IMG/VR virus record: IMGVR_UViG_3300036781_000418
Coordinates: 1-64,000 of that record
Length of the DNA stretch: 64,000 bases
Reading direction: 5' to 3' (one strand)
Shown: positions 38,141 to 47,979 of the stretch, piece by piece
Layout of the letters: each line of letters begins with the position of its first letter
Numbering within the stretch: position 1 is the first letter of the stretch
Translations under genes and position numbers: made by a program
Notes under the pieces: model-generated
What the model was told of the DNA's origin: nothing
Databases searched by the model: none
What the model saw: only the letters and a program-made list of their open reading frames with translations

Positions 38141-38440
38141 ATGAGCTATGAACCGACTGGCTACCAGCCAGGCCGCCCACGATACGGCGAGGTTCGTCCT
38201 GACAGTGATCGTAAGTACGCGGCTCGCGAGCGAGCACGTGAACGTCGCGCCACTGACCCTGAGTACGCCGAGCGCTGTCGCGCCGCGTACCGTCGCTGGT
38301 ACTACAACAATCCAGCTCGGGCCATGGCCATGCAGAAGGCCTGCAAGCTGCGCATGAAGGGCTTCAAGGAGCTGCTTGAGCACCAGAATTACGTGGTCAC
38401 CGACCCTGCTCAGCTGATCATCACCGCGGGCTTTGAGTGA
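38141..38440 (+). CDS. basic hypothetical protein
   Basis: AGGTG RBS; Arg-rich helix. Confidence 0.6.
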   Translation: MSYEPTGYQPGRPRYGEVRPDSDRKYAARERARERRATDPEYAERCRAAYRRWYYNNPARAMAMQKACKLRMKGFKELLEHQNYVVTDPAQLIITAGFE

Positions 38441-39474
38441 TCAAGCAAGTACTTCTCTGGGACCTCATCACCACTCGGATCGGGCTTGGCGCTCGAAAGC
38501 CGAACGGCTGGTACCCATGCCGCTGTCTCATCTGCAACGACTACCAAGAACGCGGTGGTTTTAAGCAGGACGGTGATGAGGTCCGTTGGAAGTGCTTCAA
38601 CTGTGGCTCACGCTTCAAGTACACCGAACATTCTGGCAAGCTCTACTCCGACGCGAAGCAAGTTCTCTACTCCTTTGGAGTCACCAGCAACGAGCTGGAC
38701 GAGGTCCTTGGCTCCACGTTCTTCAACAAGGGCGAGGCCAAGGCGGAGATCAGCGAGGAAACGCTCAAGCCAAAGTTCTCACTGTTCACGCCTGAGATTG
38801 AGCTCCCACCAAGCTCCCACCTGCTAGGCGCGCCCATCAAGGACGAGCTGCAAAACCCGCTGATCGAGTACATGGTGCAGCGCAAGCTTGACCCAATCAA
38901 GCTCAACGCCCACTTCAGCTTGGATCCGAAGTTTCTCGGTCGCATCATCGTGCCATGCTACCGTGACACGAAGGTGATCTTCTGGCAGGCCCGCACGATC
39001 TTCAAGGACGTCAACCCACGGTACCTCTCACCGTCGGTCGTCAAGGAGGCCGTGCTCTGGGGCTACGACAACATCTGGCGTCGGTACGACACACCGCTCT
39101 TCATCACTGAGGGCATCTTCGACGCCCACCACCTAGACGGTGTCGCCCTGCTCGGCTCCGAGTTGACGGCCGCGAAGTTGGAGGTGTTGAACCGCACGAA
39201 GCGTCGGAAGGTGGTCGTGGTCGACCGCAACATGAACGGCAAGAAGCTGGCTGAGGTCGCGCTCACCAACGGTTGGGAGATCACCTTCCCACCTGAAGGC
39301 ACGAGTGACACCAACGACAGCGTGCAGAAGCACGGCCTCGCGTACACTATGTGGACCTTGATGCGGGACATTACGCAACCCACAGGGGTGAAGGACGTCG
39401 ACGGCCTGACGGTACAATCGAAGCTTCAACTCAACATGCAACTCGCACTGGCTAACATTGGCAGATCAAAGTGA
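38437..39474 (+). CDS. DNA primase (gp61-like)
   Basis: Zn finger C..C..CFNC; WQAR; TOPRIM ITEGIFDA and DxN. Confidence 0.92.
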   Translation: MIKQVLLWDLITTRIGLGARKPNGWYPCRCLICNDYQERGGFKQDGDEVRWKCFNCGSRFKYTEHSGKLYSDAKQVLYSFGVTSNELDEVLGSTFFNKGEAKAEISEETLKPKFSLFTPEIELPPSSHLLGAPIKDELQNPLIEYMVQRKLDPIKLNAHFSLDPKFLGRIIVPCYRDTKVIFWQARTIFKDVNPRYLSPSVVKEAVLWGYDNIWRRYDTPLFITEGIFDAHHLDGVALLGSELTAAKLEVLNRTKRRKVVVVDRNMNGKKLAEVALTNGWEITFPPEGTSDTNDSVQKHGLAYTMWTLMRDITQPTGVKDVDGLTVQSKLQLNMQLALANIGRSK

Positions 39475-39650
39475 AGACCTACTACTCAGCCACCATCACG
39501 ATCGAGCTGCCCACCAGCCTGCAAAGCTACGAGGAGGCACACCAGCTGGCCGTCCTCTGTAAGGAGGCGCTTGATCACGCCATCAACGGAGGTGGGGAGT
39601 TTGCCCTCAGCCTCGGTGAAATCACGGAGCACCATGACAACTCTAATTGA
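39471..39650 (+). CDS. 59-aa hypothetical protein (not in ORF track)
   Basis: GTGA overlap; fills the primase-helicase gap with typical codons. Confidence 0.55.
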   Translation: MKTYYSATITIELPTSLQSYEEAHQLAVLCKEALDHAINGGGEFALSLGEITEHHDNSN

Positions 39651-40962
39651 CGACGAGGCCCAGCGCCTCTTTATGACCACCATGCTGGGCAACCCCTCGT
39701 TGTTTGCCCGCGTCCAACACCTGATCAAGCCGTCGTACTTCGACTTGCAGTTCCAGCATGGTGTGAAGTTCATGCAGGACTTCTTCCAAGATCACCGTGG
39801 AGTTCCCTCCCAGCCGGTCTTTCAAGCGGCCACGAAGTTGCCGCTGCAACCAGCCCAGTTGCCGACGCAGGACGTCGCCTTCGTGGCCGAGCAGATCGCG
39901 AACTTCTGCCAGATCCGAGCGTCCATCGAGGCCGTGATGACGGCCCCGGCCCTGATCGAGAAGGGCGACTTCGGTTCGTTGGTGGCCAACATCAAGTCGG
40001 CGTCGGAGATCAAGCTTCACACGGACCTCGGCATCGACTACTTCGCCGACCCAGCCGCTCGCCTGACTGAGGACGAAGCGGAGGACATTCCCTTTCCACT
40101 TGGCTGGGACACGGTGGACGACCTCATCGGTGGCGGCATGGGTCGTGAGGAGCTGCTCCTGTTTCTCGCCAACTCAGGTGGTGGTAAGTCCGTCACGATG
40201 TTGAACGTTGCCTACAACCTCATCAAGCGTGGGTTGAACGGCGTCTACATCTCGTTGGAAATGAAGGACAAGAAGGTCGCCAAGCGGTTGGACAGCATCA
40301 TCTCGCGCATCGTCGGCAAGAAGATCTTCCTCAACAAGATGGAGGTCGTCCACCAGATCGAGCAGCTGCGGGAGCAGGGCGCCGGTCGGTTCTTCGTAAA
40401 GCGGATGCGGGAGAACACGACCACCTCCAACCACATCATCGCCTACCTCCGTGAGCTCGAGGCGGTCTACGCCTTCAAGCCTGACTTCGTAGTAGTGGAC
40501 TACCTTGACCTGCTGGGTTCCGTTCGCAAGATGACGAGCGACTCCCTGTTCACCAAGGACAAGTACGTCGCCGAGGAAGTTCGAGCCATCGGCTTCGACT
40601 TCAAGTGCCTGATGATCTCAGCTTCACAGCTTGGACGTGGTGCCATCACCGCGGTTCGTGAGGACAAGGACCTTGGCCAAGACCACATTCAAGGTGGTAT
40701 CTCGAAGATCAACACGGCCGACCTCGTGATCGGCTTGGTGAAGGACGAGGCGATGGACGCGGCGGGCGAGTACCGCTTCGAGTTCTTGAAGTCACGGAAC
40801 TCCAGCGCGGTCAACAAGAAGTTGATGATGAAGTGGGACTCGCTCTCACTGCGAATCAGCGACTGGCCGAAGCAGGACGGCTACAGTCGACCGATCAGCG
40901 CCACCACTCCAACTGGACCAAAGTTGATTCCAGGCCGAAAGCAGAACTTGTCGGACCTCTAA
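39634..40962 (+). CDS. replicative DNA helicase (gp41/DnaB-like)
   Basis: ANSGGGKS, ISLEM, VDYLD, SASQ, KSR. Confidence 0.95.
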   Translation: MTTLIDDEAQRLFMTTMLGNPSLFARVQHLIKPSYFDLQFQHGVKFMQDFFQDHRGVPSQPVFQAATKLPLQPAQLPTQDVAFVAEQIANFCQIRASIEAVMTAPALIEKGDFGSLVANIKSASEIKLHTDLGIDYFADPAARLTEDEAEDIPFPLGWDTVDDLIGGGMGREELLLFLANSGGGKSVTMLNVAYNLIKRGLNGVYISLEMKDKKVAKRLDSIISRIVGKKIFLNKMEVVHQIEQLREQGAGRFFVKRMRENTTTSNHIIAYLRELEAVYAFKPDFVVVDYLDLLGSVRKMTSDSLFTKDKYVAEEVRAIGFDFKCLMISASQLGRGAITAVREDKDLGQDHIQGGISKINTADLVIGLVKDEAMDAAGEYRFEFLKSRNSSAVNKKLMMKWDSLSLRISDWPKQDGYSRPISATTPTGPKLIPGRKQNLSDL

Positions 40963-40967
40963 ACGAA

Positions 40968-40991
40968 AAAGGGAACCTAAAGGTTCCCTTT
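40968..40991. terminator. bidirectional terminator
   Basis: AAAGGGAACCT-AA-AGGTTCCCTTT. Confidence 0.85.
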
Positions 40992-41008
40992 GTTGTATGC
41001 AGGTATGA

Positions 41009-41719
41009 TCAAGAGTTCGGGAACGGACCCGTTGCTGGGGTGAACGTGCCAGTGTAGCGAGCCACACCCTTGGTGACACGCACTTCGTCGATGTAGCCAG
41101 GGAAGAAGTGGGCGTCGGTAGAGCCACCAACCCGTGCTACTTGTGACGTCATGTTGATCGAGTTCGTCGCCGTACCAGCCGACACACCGTTGATCCACAC
41201 CGTCAGAGTCGTGCCAGAACGTGTCACGGCGACGTGTGACCAGGTGTTCACCACCACGGCCACAGTTGACGTCAGGTAGTTGGCCAAGTGGTTACCCAAG
41301 ACCACACGACCAGAACCGTTCACGTAGGCGTTGCAACCGTCTTGAGCTGAGGCGCTGGCCGAGCAGATGAACGTACCGACCGTCACGAAGGACGTTGGGA
41401 AGATCCAGCATTCCTGCGTGAAGTCACCAGTGCCGAAGGCGTAGGCCGCGATAGTCGGAAAGTCAAGATAGTCTGTTGAGCCGTTGAACTTGCCCGACGT
41501 TGCACCGTACTTGAACTGAGTCGTTGACGTGACTGGAGTACCCGTCCGAGTCGGCGTGGCTCCCTTCTGGTCGGTGAACACGGTGCCGTTGTTGGCACCT
41601 TCCATGTGCATGAGCAGCGAGACGTTGGCGAAGAACGGATCAACGGAGAGCGCGACTCCACGCTGGGCCCCGAAGGACCGAGCCGAAGCCGCGCCGAAAG
41701 TTGACATAAGAGGCATCAT
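41009..41719 (-). CDS. LamG/concanavalin A-like receptor-binding protein
   Basis: DPFF.NVSLL.H.EG, FGTGDFT.ECW, W.HVAV.R, GYIDEVR.TKGVARY. Confidence 0.85.
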   Translation of the reverse strand: MMPLMSTFGAASARSFGAQRGVALSVDPFFANVSLLMHMEGANNGTVFTDQKGATPTRTGTPVTSTTQFKYGATSGKFNGSTDYLDFPTIAAYAFGTGDFTQECWIFPTSFVTVGTFICSASASAQDGCNAYVNGSGRVVLGNHLANYLTSTVAVVVNTWSHVAVTRSGTTLTVWINGVSAGTATNSINMTSQVARVGGSTDAHFFPGYIDEVRVTKGVARYTGTFTPATGPFPNS

Positions 41720-41725
41720 GGATCC

Positions 41726-43783
41726 TTACTTGTACTGGGTTTGCGATGCGAGCACCGTGTAGGTGGCCGACGCGGTCTTGATAATCGTGAACGAATACGA
41801 GTCGATACCGCTTGCGTTACCAGCACTTGGCGCGACACCACCAATCCACTTTGGCGTCACGGCGGAACCGTCCACTTGGTAGGCTGAAGCGTAGAACGGC
41901 GAAGCACCGTTGGTGATCAACATAGCGACCGAGACTGACTCACCGACTGCGAGGGCCGTGTTCATCGACGTACCGCTGGACCATGCAAAGTTGACCGTGA
42001 AGTTGGCCGTTGCGTTGGACGTGTAGTACTGGACGGCACCTGACGCGGCGTAGAATGTCTGTGTCGTGGACGGTGCCGATCCAACGACCGACACGACTTC
42101 CGTAGCGTTGGTCAAGTGGGCGGCCGGAGCGGAGGTTGTACCAGCCAGCGTGGTGGAACCAAGGGTAGCCGTGCTGGTTGTCGTCAGCGTGCTGAAGCGA
42201 CCAGTCGAAGCCGTGGTAGCGCCGATTGGCGTGTTGTCGATCGACGTAGCGGATACGGCACCGGTGAGGGTGATGGTCGTGCCAGTCAAGGCGATCGTCG
42301 TACCAGCCAGCGTGATGGTCGTCGCTGTGTTACCAGTGCGAGCCACCGTGAGCCAGTCGGCGTTCGAGGAGATCGCGTCGTTCTGGAGCGTGAAGTGGAT
42401 CGTACCACCAGAGCCAACGTAGATTTCCGAGGTCTTCAGGTCAGTGCCAACGGCACTGTTGATGAGACGGACGATTGGGAAGGAGTTGGTGTCAATACCC
42501 GCGTAGGTACCCGTAGTTCCAGCGCTTGAGACCAAGCTCGTGCCGTTCAGCGACGTGACGGACAGGCTCTGCCAAGTAGCTGAGGTGCCGTCCGTGATCA
42601 GGGCCTTGGTGGCGTTGGTGGCTTGCGATGGGAGGATCGCGGTCAGGGCGGCGGCCGCGGAAGTCGCGCCAGTACCACCGTTGGCGAGGGCCAACGTGCC
42701 AGCCAGCGTGATCGTGCCGGAGGTCGTGATTGGAGAACCCGTAACCGTCAGACCAGTCGTACCACCGGAGAAGGCGACCGAAGTCACGCCACCACCAGCG
42801 GAGGAGACCTGCGAGAACGTCAGGCTGGTCGTGCCGACGGTGATCGCGCCAGAGGTGATGAGCACCCAGCCAGTTCCACCGTTCAAGGTACCAGATTGGA
42901 CGTACACGAAGTCACCGGATGAGACTTCGTTCGATGGGTTGCCGTCGAAGTCGGCGGCTCGTGCCCAAGCGCCAGCAGCCGAAACGTAAACGCCGTTCTG
43001 CGAGCCAGTCGATTGGTTCTTGACCAGCACGCGTGAGCCGCTGGTGAGAACACCGTCGATGGTTTGTTCACCTGACAGGGTCAGGTTGGCGGTCGATGCA
43101 ACGTTGACGGACGGCTTTGGGGTGAGACCAGCGGCGACCGCGTCAACGTACTGCTTGGTGGCGACTTGAAGGTTGCCAGTTGGGTCAGCGGAGACCGAGA
43201 CAGTACCAGCCAACGCAATGGCCGTGCCAGTCAGGGTAATAGTGGTAGCCGTCGTGCCGGTACGAGCGACCGAGAGCCAGTCGACGTTGGACGAGATGGC
43301 GTCGTCTTGCAGAGTCCAGTGAATCGTGCCGTTGTTACCGACGTAGACTTCAGACGTCTTAGCGTTTGAGCCGGCTGACGAGTTCAGGAACCGCGTGATT
43401 GGGAAACTGTTTGAGTCCAAACCAACGTAAACACCAGTCGTGCCTGAGCTGGAGACCAGCGCGGTGGCCGAGAGGCTAGTTGGGGTGCCAGCCACTGTGG
43501 ACCAGACACCGTCACCACGCCAATAGGTAGAGCTGGACGCGTTGGTGCCGCTGTTCAGGTGGGACACGTCCAAGTTGCCGGTGGCCGTTGAAAGGTCGAC
43601 TGAGCCACTACCACCAGACTGTGACCAGGTGGATCCGTTGTAGGAGTAGAGACCTTCAGGCGCTGCGTCGGTGCGGTAGAACAGTTCGCCGACGGATGGA
43701 TTCGATGGGAAAGCCGTACCGTTCGCCACGGTAAGGTTGGTTACGACAGACCCTTCGAGGAGGGTTAGACCGTCTGAATGCAT
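41726..43783 (-). CDS. tail fibre protein
   Basis: ATKQYVD, RVLVKNQ..NGVY domain; ~90-aa internal duplication; TAAATA at 43811-43816 on minus. Confidence 0.85.
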   Translation of the reverse strand: MHSDGLTLLEGSVVTNLTVANGTAFPSNPSVGELFYRTDAAPEGLYSYNGSTWSQSGGSGSVDLSTATGNLDVSHLNSGTNASSSTYWRGDGVWSTVAGTPTSLSATALVSSSGTTGVYVGLDSNSFPITRFLNSSAGSNAKTSEVYVGNNGTIHWTLQDDAISSNVDWLSVARTGTTATTITLTGTAIALAGTVSVSADPTGNLQVATKQYVDAVAAGLTPKPSVNVASTANLTLSGEQTIDGVLTSGSRVLVKNQSTGSQNGVYVSAAGAWARAADFDGNPSNEVSSGDFVYVQSGTLNGGTGWVLITSGAITVGTTSLTFSQVSSAGGGVTSVAFSGGTTGLTVTGSPITTSGTITLAGTLALANGGTGATSAAAALTAILPSQATNATKALITDGTSATWQSLSVTSLNGTSLVSSAGTTGTYAGIDTNSFPIVRLINSAVGTDLKTSEIYVGSGGTIHFTLQNDAISSNADWLTVARTGNTATTITLAGTTIALTGTTITLTGAVSATSIDNTPIGATTASTGRFSTLTTTSTATLGSTTLAGTTSAPAAHLTNATEVVSVVGSAPSTTQTFYAASGAVQYYTSNATANFTVNFAWSSGTSMNTALAVGESVSVAMLITNGASPFYASAYQVDGSAVTPKWIGGVAPSAGNASGIDSYSFTIIKTASATYTVLASQTQYK

Positions 43784-43899
43784 GAGTGAAGCTCCTTATG
43801 ATAGAGGAACTATTTAGACCTCTGACCTGGAAATGGATCGTTTGTTACCGCTTTGAGCTCGCTAAATATCAGCATCTTCCACTCATATTGAGATCACAC

Positions 43900-44142
43900 A
43901 TGACTACCCCACAAAGCATCACCGTTGACGGCATCGGCTACGACGTTGCCCAGTTCTCCGATGAAGTCAAGGGCGCCATCGGCCTGTACAACACGATCAA
44001 CTTGGACCTGCAGAAGGCCAACATTGAAGTCGTGAAGCATCAGGCCGCGCTGCAGACGATCGGTGCCCAAGTTTCGAACGCCGTGCGCAAGGAACTCGCC
44101 GCCATGCAGCCGCCAGCTGAACCAGCCAAGGCCGCTGAGTAA
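43900..44142 (+). CDS. small coiled-coil protein (DUF6447-like, possible fibre chaperone)
   Basis: ITVDG..YD...SDE.K pattern; TAAATA at 43863. Confidence 0.65.
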   Translation: MTTPQSITVDGIGYDVAQFSDEVKGAIGLYNTINLDLQKANIEVVKHQAALQTIGAQVSNAVRKELAAMQPPAEPAKAAE

Positions 44143-44169
44143 GTCATCGACGCTTAGGCGGTCGACATA

Positions 44170-44195
44170 AATAGGACACTTGCGTGTCCTATTTT
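44170..44195 (+). terminator. terminator, followed by late promoter at 44198-44203
   Basis: AATAGGACAC-TTGC-GTGTCCTATTTT. Confidence 0.7.
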
Positions 44196-44207
44196 GGTAA
44201 ATAGCGA

Positions 44208-46487
44208 ATGACTATCCTCCGCCGCCTTAACGAAGGCATCGATCACGTCGACGATCTCCCAGTCGACCAGTTCATCCAGATCATCTCGACCCTGAAGGAC
44301 ATGCGTCTTTCGGAGAAGCTGGACGGCTCAAACCTGTGGGCGGGCGTCGACGATCAAGGGAAGGTGTTCATCTCCCGTGAGGGTAAGCGGAACAACGCCA
44401 AGCGGATGTACGCGCCAGAAGACTGGGCGAAGGTCGGCAACAACAACCAGTTCATCGCCGCCACGGCCGCCATCATCAACCAGCAAGCTATCTTTACCCA
44501 GTGCCTGAAGCCTGGTCAAATGGTCGAGCTTGAAGTCCTGTACGGCAACCAACCGAACACCGTCGTCTACAACAACGCGTTCAACTTGATCGCCGTGTTG
44601 CGTGGCGTCGAGGACACACCGTTGGGCGTCGCCACCTCGCTGGCCGCGGCCCTGAAGGACAAGACGGCCGACGTTAGCGTCAACCTCGTCTCCAGCGACG
44701 ACGGTGAAAACCTGAAGATGGTCCTGACGGACGCGAAGTTCCAGTTCATCACCCCGAAGACGTTCGACGCCAAGAAGCTCGAGCACGGTAAGCTGAACGC
44801 CGAGGTCAAGAAGTTGCAGGACTTTGCCGCCAAGAAGTCCACCATTGCTGGGTACACGAACGCCGAGCTCGCCGCGGTCAACCTCAACAAGGTCCCGAAG
44901 GAAGAGCGCGACGCCGCCAAGTCGGCCCGTCAAGAGCTGCTTGACACCTTCCAGTCCGACTTCATCCAGCCAATCAAGGCCCTCCTGCTCGACACCTTCA
45001 TCGGTGGTAGCCGTGACGGCGCCGAAGGTGTCGTCATCTCCAACCCCAACGATGGCTCCCAGTTGAAGCTGGTGGACAAGGAGAAGTTCACCCAGCGTAA
45101 CGTGGAAGTCCAGCAGGAACGTGCGAACCTGCAAGGCGCCGTGATGACGACCGACCAGAACGCTGACCTAGCAGCCCGTGGCGGCCTGATGGGTGAGCTG
45201 AAGATTATGTTGGCCGAGCTGCTGGGCAACCGCAACATGGCCCGCGGCGCCGAGTTGAACAAGGTGCTGGCCTCGTTGAAGGCACAAGACGTCCCAGCCG
45301 CCGTCCAGAAGCTGGCGGACCAGCTCCAAGTCGACGACTACCTAGCGATCCGCAACAAGGCGATTGCCTTGACGTCCGCCACACAGGACAAAGTCGCGGC
45401 CGCCCTGAAGGAGTTCAAGGGTCAAGTCCAGGCTGACACGACTGGCAAGAAGCTTGGTCAGGACAACGTCAAGCGGACGTTGGTCACCTACGCTGAAGTC
45501 AACAACCGCCTGAAGTCGTTGGTCGCCAAGCTCAAGGGTGCGGAGGACATGCGTGGCATGGTCAACGCGATCTACGGCCCAGCGATCACCACGTACTTCG
45601 AGAAGCGGATTGAAGCACAGCAGGCGAACGAGGCGCTCACCGAGAACAAGGGTGAGCAGGACATGATCAACCTCAAGAACCTGACACCGTTCATCGTGAT
45701 CAACTGCTACCTTGCCACCCTGTTCATGACGATCATCTGCATCAAGGAACAGGACAAGCTGGCGATGCGCAAGATCGCGGACCGTTCGAACTTCAGGCTC
45801 AAGGACTTCTCCCACAACATGTCGCCGCTGAACTTCTGGGGCTACATCTTCTGGCGGGCCTCGAAGGCGGACGTCAAGAAGACGCTCGGCAAGGAGACCT
45901 CGGCGAAGCTGCACACGATCACGAAGAACATCCCAGTGATCTGGTGGCGGACCATGCACCAACAGCTGGCCCAACACAGCCAGCTGAAGTTGGACGTTCC
46001 AACCACCCAGCGAATGTTCAAGCTGATCCTTGAATACTCGGGAATGAGGACCGCCCGTGTAAATAGACTGATCAATGGGGTGCTGAGCTGGGATGATCAG
46101 GACTTCGATCAGAAGGTTGAGCTGCTCAACGACATGTACCTGTACGGTCAACAGTTCCTCCCAACCTCATACCTCTACAAGCGTGTTCGAATCATCCAGT
46201 CGAACATGCTGCTCAATGCAAACGGAGTAAACGACATGGTGGTCACCGAAGGACGGCTGTTGAAGCGCCTGATTGGACTGACTGAAGACGGTGAAGGCGA
46301 CGGCATGGCTGGGGCCGAACCCTCTGGTCAGCCAGCCGGCATGACGGCGACGACGGACATCGCGCCGCTCGCGATGCCACTCGGCACGACCGTCCACGTG
46401 GTCAAACGCAAGCGCAACCCTAACATCAAGCGCCTCAAGTTCAAGTACAAGGATCCAACCCAGAATGAAACTCCTAAAAACGATTAA
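44208..46487 (+). CDS. putative virion protein with an RNA-ligase-like nucleotidyltransferase domain
   Basis: EKLDGSN (motif I), SR, ELE, EGVVI (IV), LKLVDK..F (V); LNE/LTE sites; late promoter. Confidence 0.65.
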   Translation: MTILRRLNEGIDHVDDLPVDQFIQIISTLKDMRLSEKLDGSNLWAGVDDQGKVFISREGKRNNAKRMYAPEDWAKVGNNNQFIAATAAIINQQAIFTQCLKPGQMVELEVLYGNQPNTVVYNNAFNLIAVLRGVEDTPLGVATSLAAALKDKTADVSVNLVSSDDGENLKMVLTDAKFQFITPKTFDAKKLEHGKLNAEVKKLQDFAAKKSTIAGYTNAELAAVNLNKVPKEERDAAKSARQELLDTFQSDFIQPIKALLLDTFIGGSRDGAEGVVISNPNDGSQLKLVDKEKFTQRNVEVQQERANLQGAVMTTDQNADLAARGGLMGELKIMLAELLGNRNMARGAELNKVLASLKAQDVPAAVQKLADQLQVDDYLAIRNKAIALTSATQDKVAAALKEFKGQVQADTTGKKLGQDNVKRTLVTYAEVNNRLKSLVAKLKGAEDMRGMVNAIYGPAITTYFEKRIEAQQANEALTENKGEQDMINLKNLTPFIVINCYLATLFMTIICIKEQDKLAMRKIADRSNFRLKDFSHNMSPLNFWGYIFWRASKADVKKTLGKETSAKLHTITKNIPVIWWRTMHQQLAQHSQLKLDVPTTQRMFKLILEYSGMRTARVNRLINGVLSWDDQDFDQKVELLNDMYLYGQQFLPTSYLYKRVRIIQSNMLLNANGVNDMVVTEGRLLKRLIGLTEDGEGDGMAGAEPSGQPAGMTATTDIAPLAMPLGTTVHVVKRKRNPNIKRLKFKYKDPTQNETPKND

Positions 46488-47901
46488 CGAGTTTGTAGGC
46501 GACGCTCAGTCCAACCTGAAGACTAGCGACGGTAACGACGCCGGGCAGACCGACGTCAAGAGCTACAACGTCTCGTTCAACATGCTCCGCAACACCATCA
46601 ACCAAGGTGACGGTGAGAACGTCCAAGCTTCAGACGTGAACAACTACCTTGAGCGTGCCCATGAGATCAACAACGAAGTTGACACCGTGGAGTATGGTCT
46701 CGAGACGGACGACGGCCGCATCATCAAGATTTGGGTGAACGCGGCGGACGCCACGGCCTTCCAAGACGAGATGCAGCACCTGCTCGGCGTGGAGAATGAC
46801 ATTGAGGAGGCGATCAACACGCTGGCCTCGAAGTTCGACATCGTCGACGTGGTCTGGCCAGACGCCAACCAAGCGACCGCCGACGTGCCGGACGCTGAAG
46901 CAACCGACGACCTTGGAGTCACGGACGACCTAGACGCCGTCGGCGACGACGACCGAGACGGTGCGACCCTGGCTAAGGCCGCCCTTGATAAGATCAACGG
47001 CAAGTCCAGTGACGACAAAGACGATGACGACGAACCAACCAACGAAACAAAGGCCCCAATGAGCATCGGTAGCGACTTCTTCAAACGCGTCATGCAGGAG
47101 GCCGATGAGGCTGACGTTGACGGCATCAACGACGGCTTGAACATCAAGCTCGACCCACGTCAACGTTCGATCATGCTGCGCCTACGTCGTGCGATCGACC
47201 GCAAGATCCTCGCCTTGTTCGCCATGATTGGTGTTCCAGGCCGCTACATGGACGTCGAGGGTATCGACGGCCTGATCAAGGAAGCGGGCCTGAAGCTGCG
47301 TGCCTCACCAACCCAGCAGGCCGCGTTCAACTCCTTCTACACGGCCTTGGGCAACGCCCGCGGCTTTGGAACTGCGCCTGACGCCGAGACGGTCGCCGAA
47401 GCCGGTGAAGAGAACCTGAAGGGTGCCTACATCCAGAAGATGCTTGAGGGCATCGCGGTCCACCTTGGTCTGCCAGAGTCGCTCGTCGTCTCGGGCGGTC
47501 CACAGCAAGTCTCCCTCGCCTTCTACAACTGCGCCAAGCTGATTGAAGACGACGGCGCGTTGGAAGCCGCGATGCGCAAGTTGGCCCAACGGTTGAAGGT
47601 CTCCTCGTCCGCTGAAAAGCCGGCCGAGAAGGTCGCTGAAGACGTGAACACCGGTGGTGACCCGTTCCTGGCGGCCGTGGTTACGTTGGTGGAGGCCCTT
47701 GGTATCCCAGAAGCCAACCTCAACTACCAGCGCTCGAACGTGCTCAACAGCCTGCGCGCCCTTAAGCTCAGCTTGAACAACCGCTCGATGATCCAGCAAC
47801 GGATGGCGGCCCTCAGCACGCTGATCGCGGCCAACGTCAAGCAAACCGCTGGACAGCCAGCGGATACGACCGACACCGCTGGAACTGCTGGCACCGCCTA
47901 A
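46465..47901 (+). CDS. putative internal head protein
   Basis: MKLLKTINE leader; acidic linkers with TNE, MQE and VAE sites. Confidence 0.65.
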   Translation: MKLLKTINEFVGDAQSNLKTSDGNDAGQTDVKSYNVSFNMLRNTINQGDGENVQASDVNNYLERAHEINNEVDTVEYGLETDDGRIIKIWVNAADATAFQDEMQHLLGVENDIEEAINTLASKFDIVDVVWPDANQATADVPDAEATDDLGVTDDLDAVGDDDRDGATLAKAALDKINGKSSDDKDDDDEPTNETKAPMSIGSDFFKRVMQEADEADVDGINDGLNIKLDPRQRSIMLRLRRAIDRKILALFAMIGVPGRYMDVEGIDGLIKEAGLKLRASPTQQAAFNSFYTALGNARGFGTAPDAETVAEAGEENLKGAYIQKMLEGIAVHLGLPESLVVSGGPQQVSLAFYNCAKLIEDDGALEAAMRKLAQRLKVSSSAEKPAEKVAEDVNTGGDPFLAAVVTLVEALGIPEANLNYQRSNVLNSLRALKLSLNNRSMIQQRMAALSTLIAANVKQTAGQPADTTDTAGTAGTA

Positions 47902-47918
47902 CACGTCGTGCTCACACG

Positions 47919-47940
47919 CAAGGGACCTACGGGTCCCTTG
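47919..47940 (+). terminator. terminator
   Basis: CAAGGGACC-TACG-GGTCCCTTG plus TTT. Confidence 0.8.
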
Positions 47941-47979
47941 TTTCGTTTGCGCAGCCGGCATGGCTACATACAATCAACC

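Noticed and set aside
38141-38440. Homing endonuclease upstream of primase
   Set aside because: The Arg-rich helix is reminiscent, but no HNH, endonuclease VII or GIY-YIG catalytic motif is present
29614-40962. Inteins or introns in polymerase, primase or helicase
   Set aside because: Sizes are normal, frames are uninterrupted, and no intein terminal or homing-endonuclease motifs were seen
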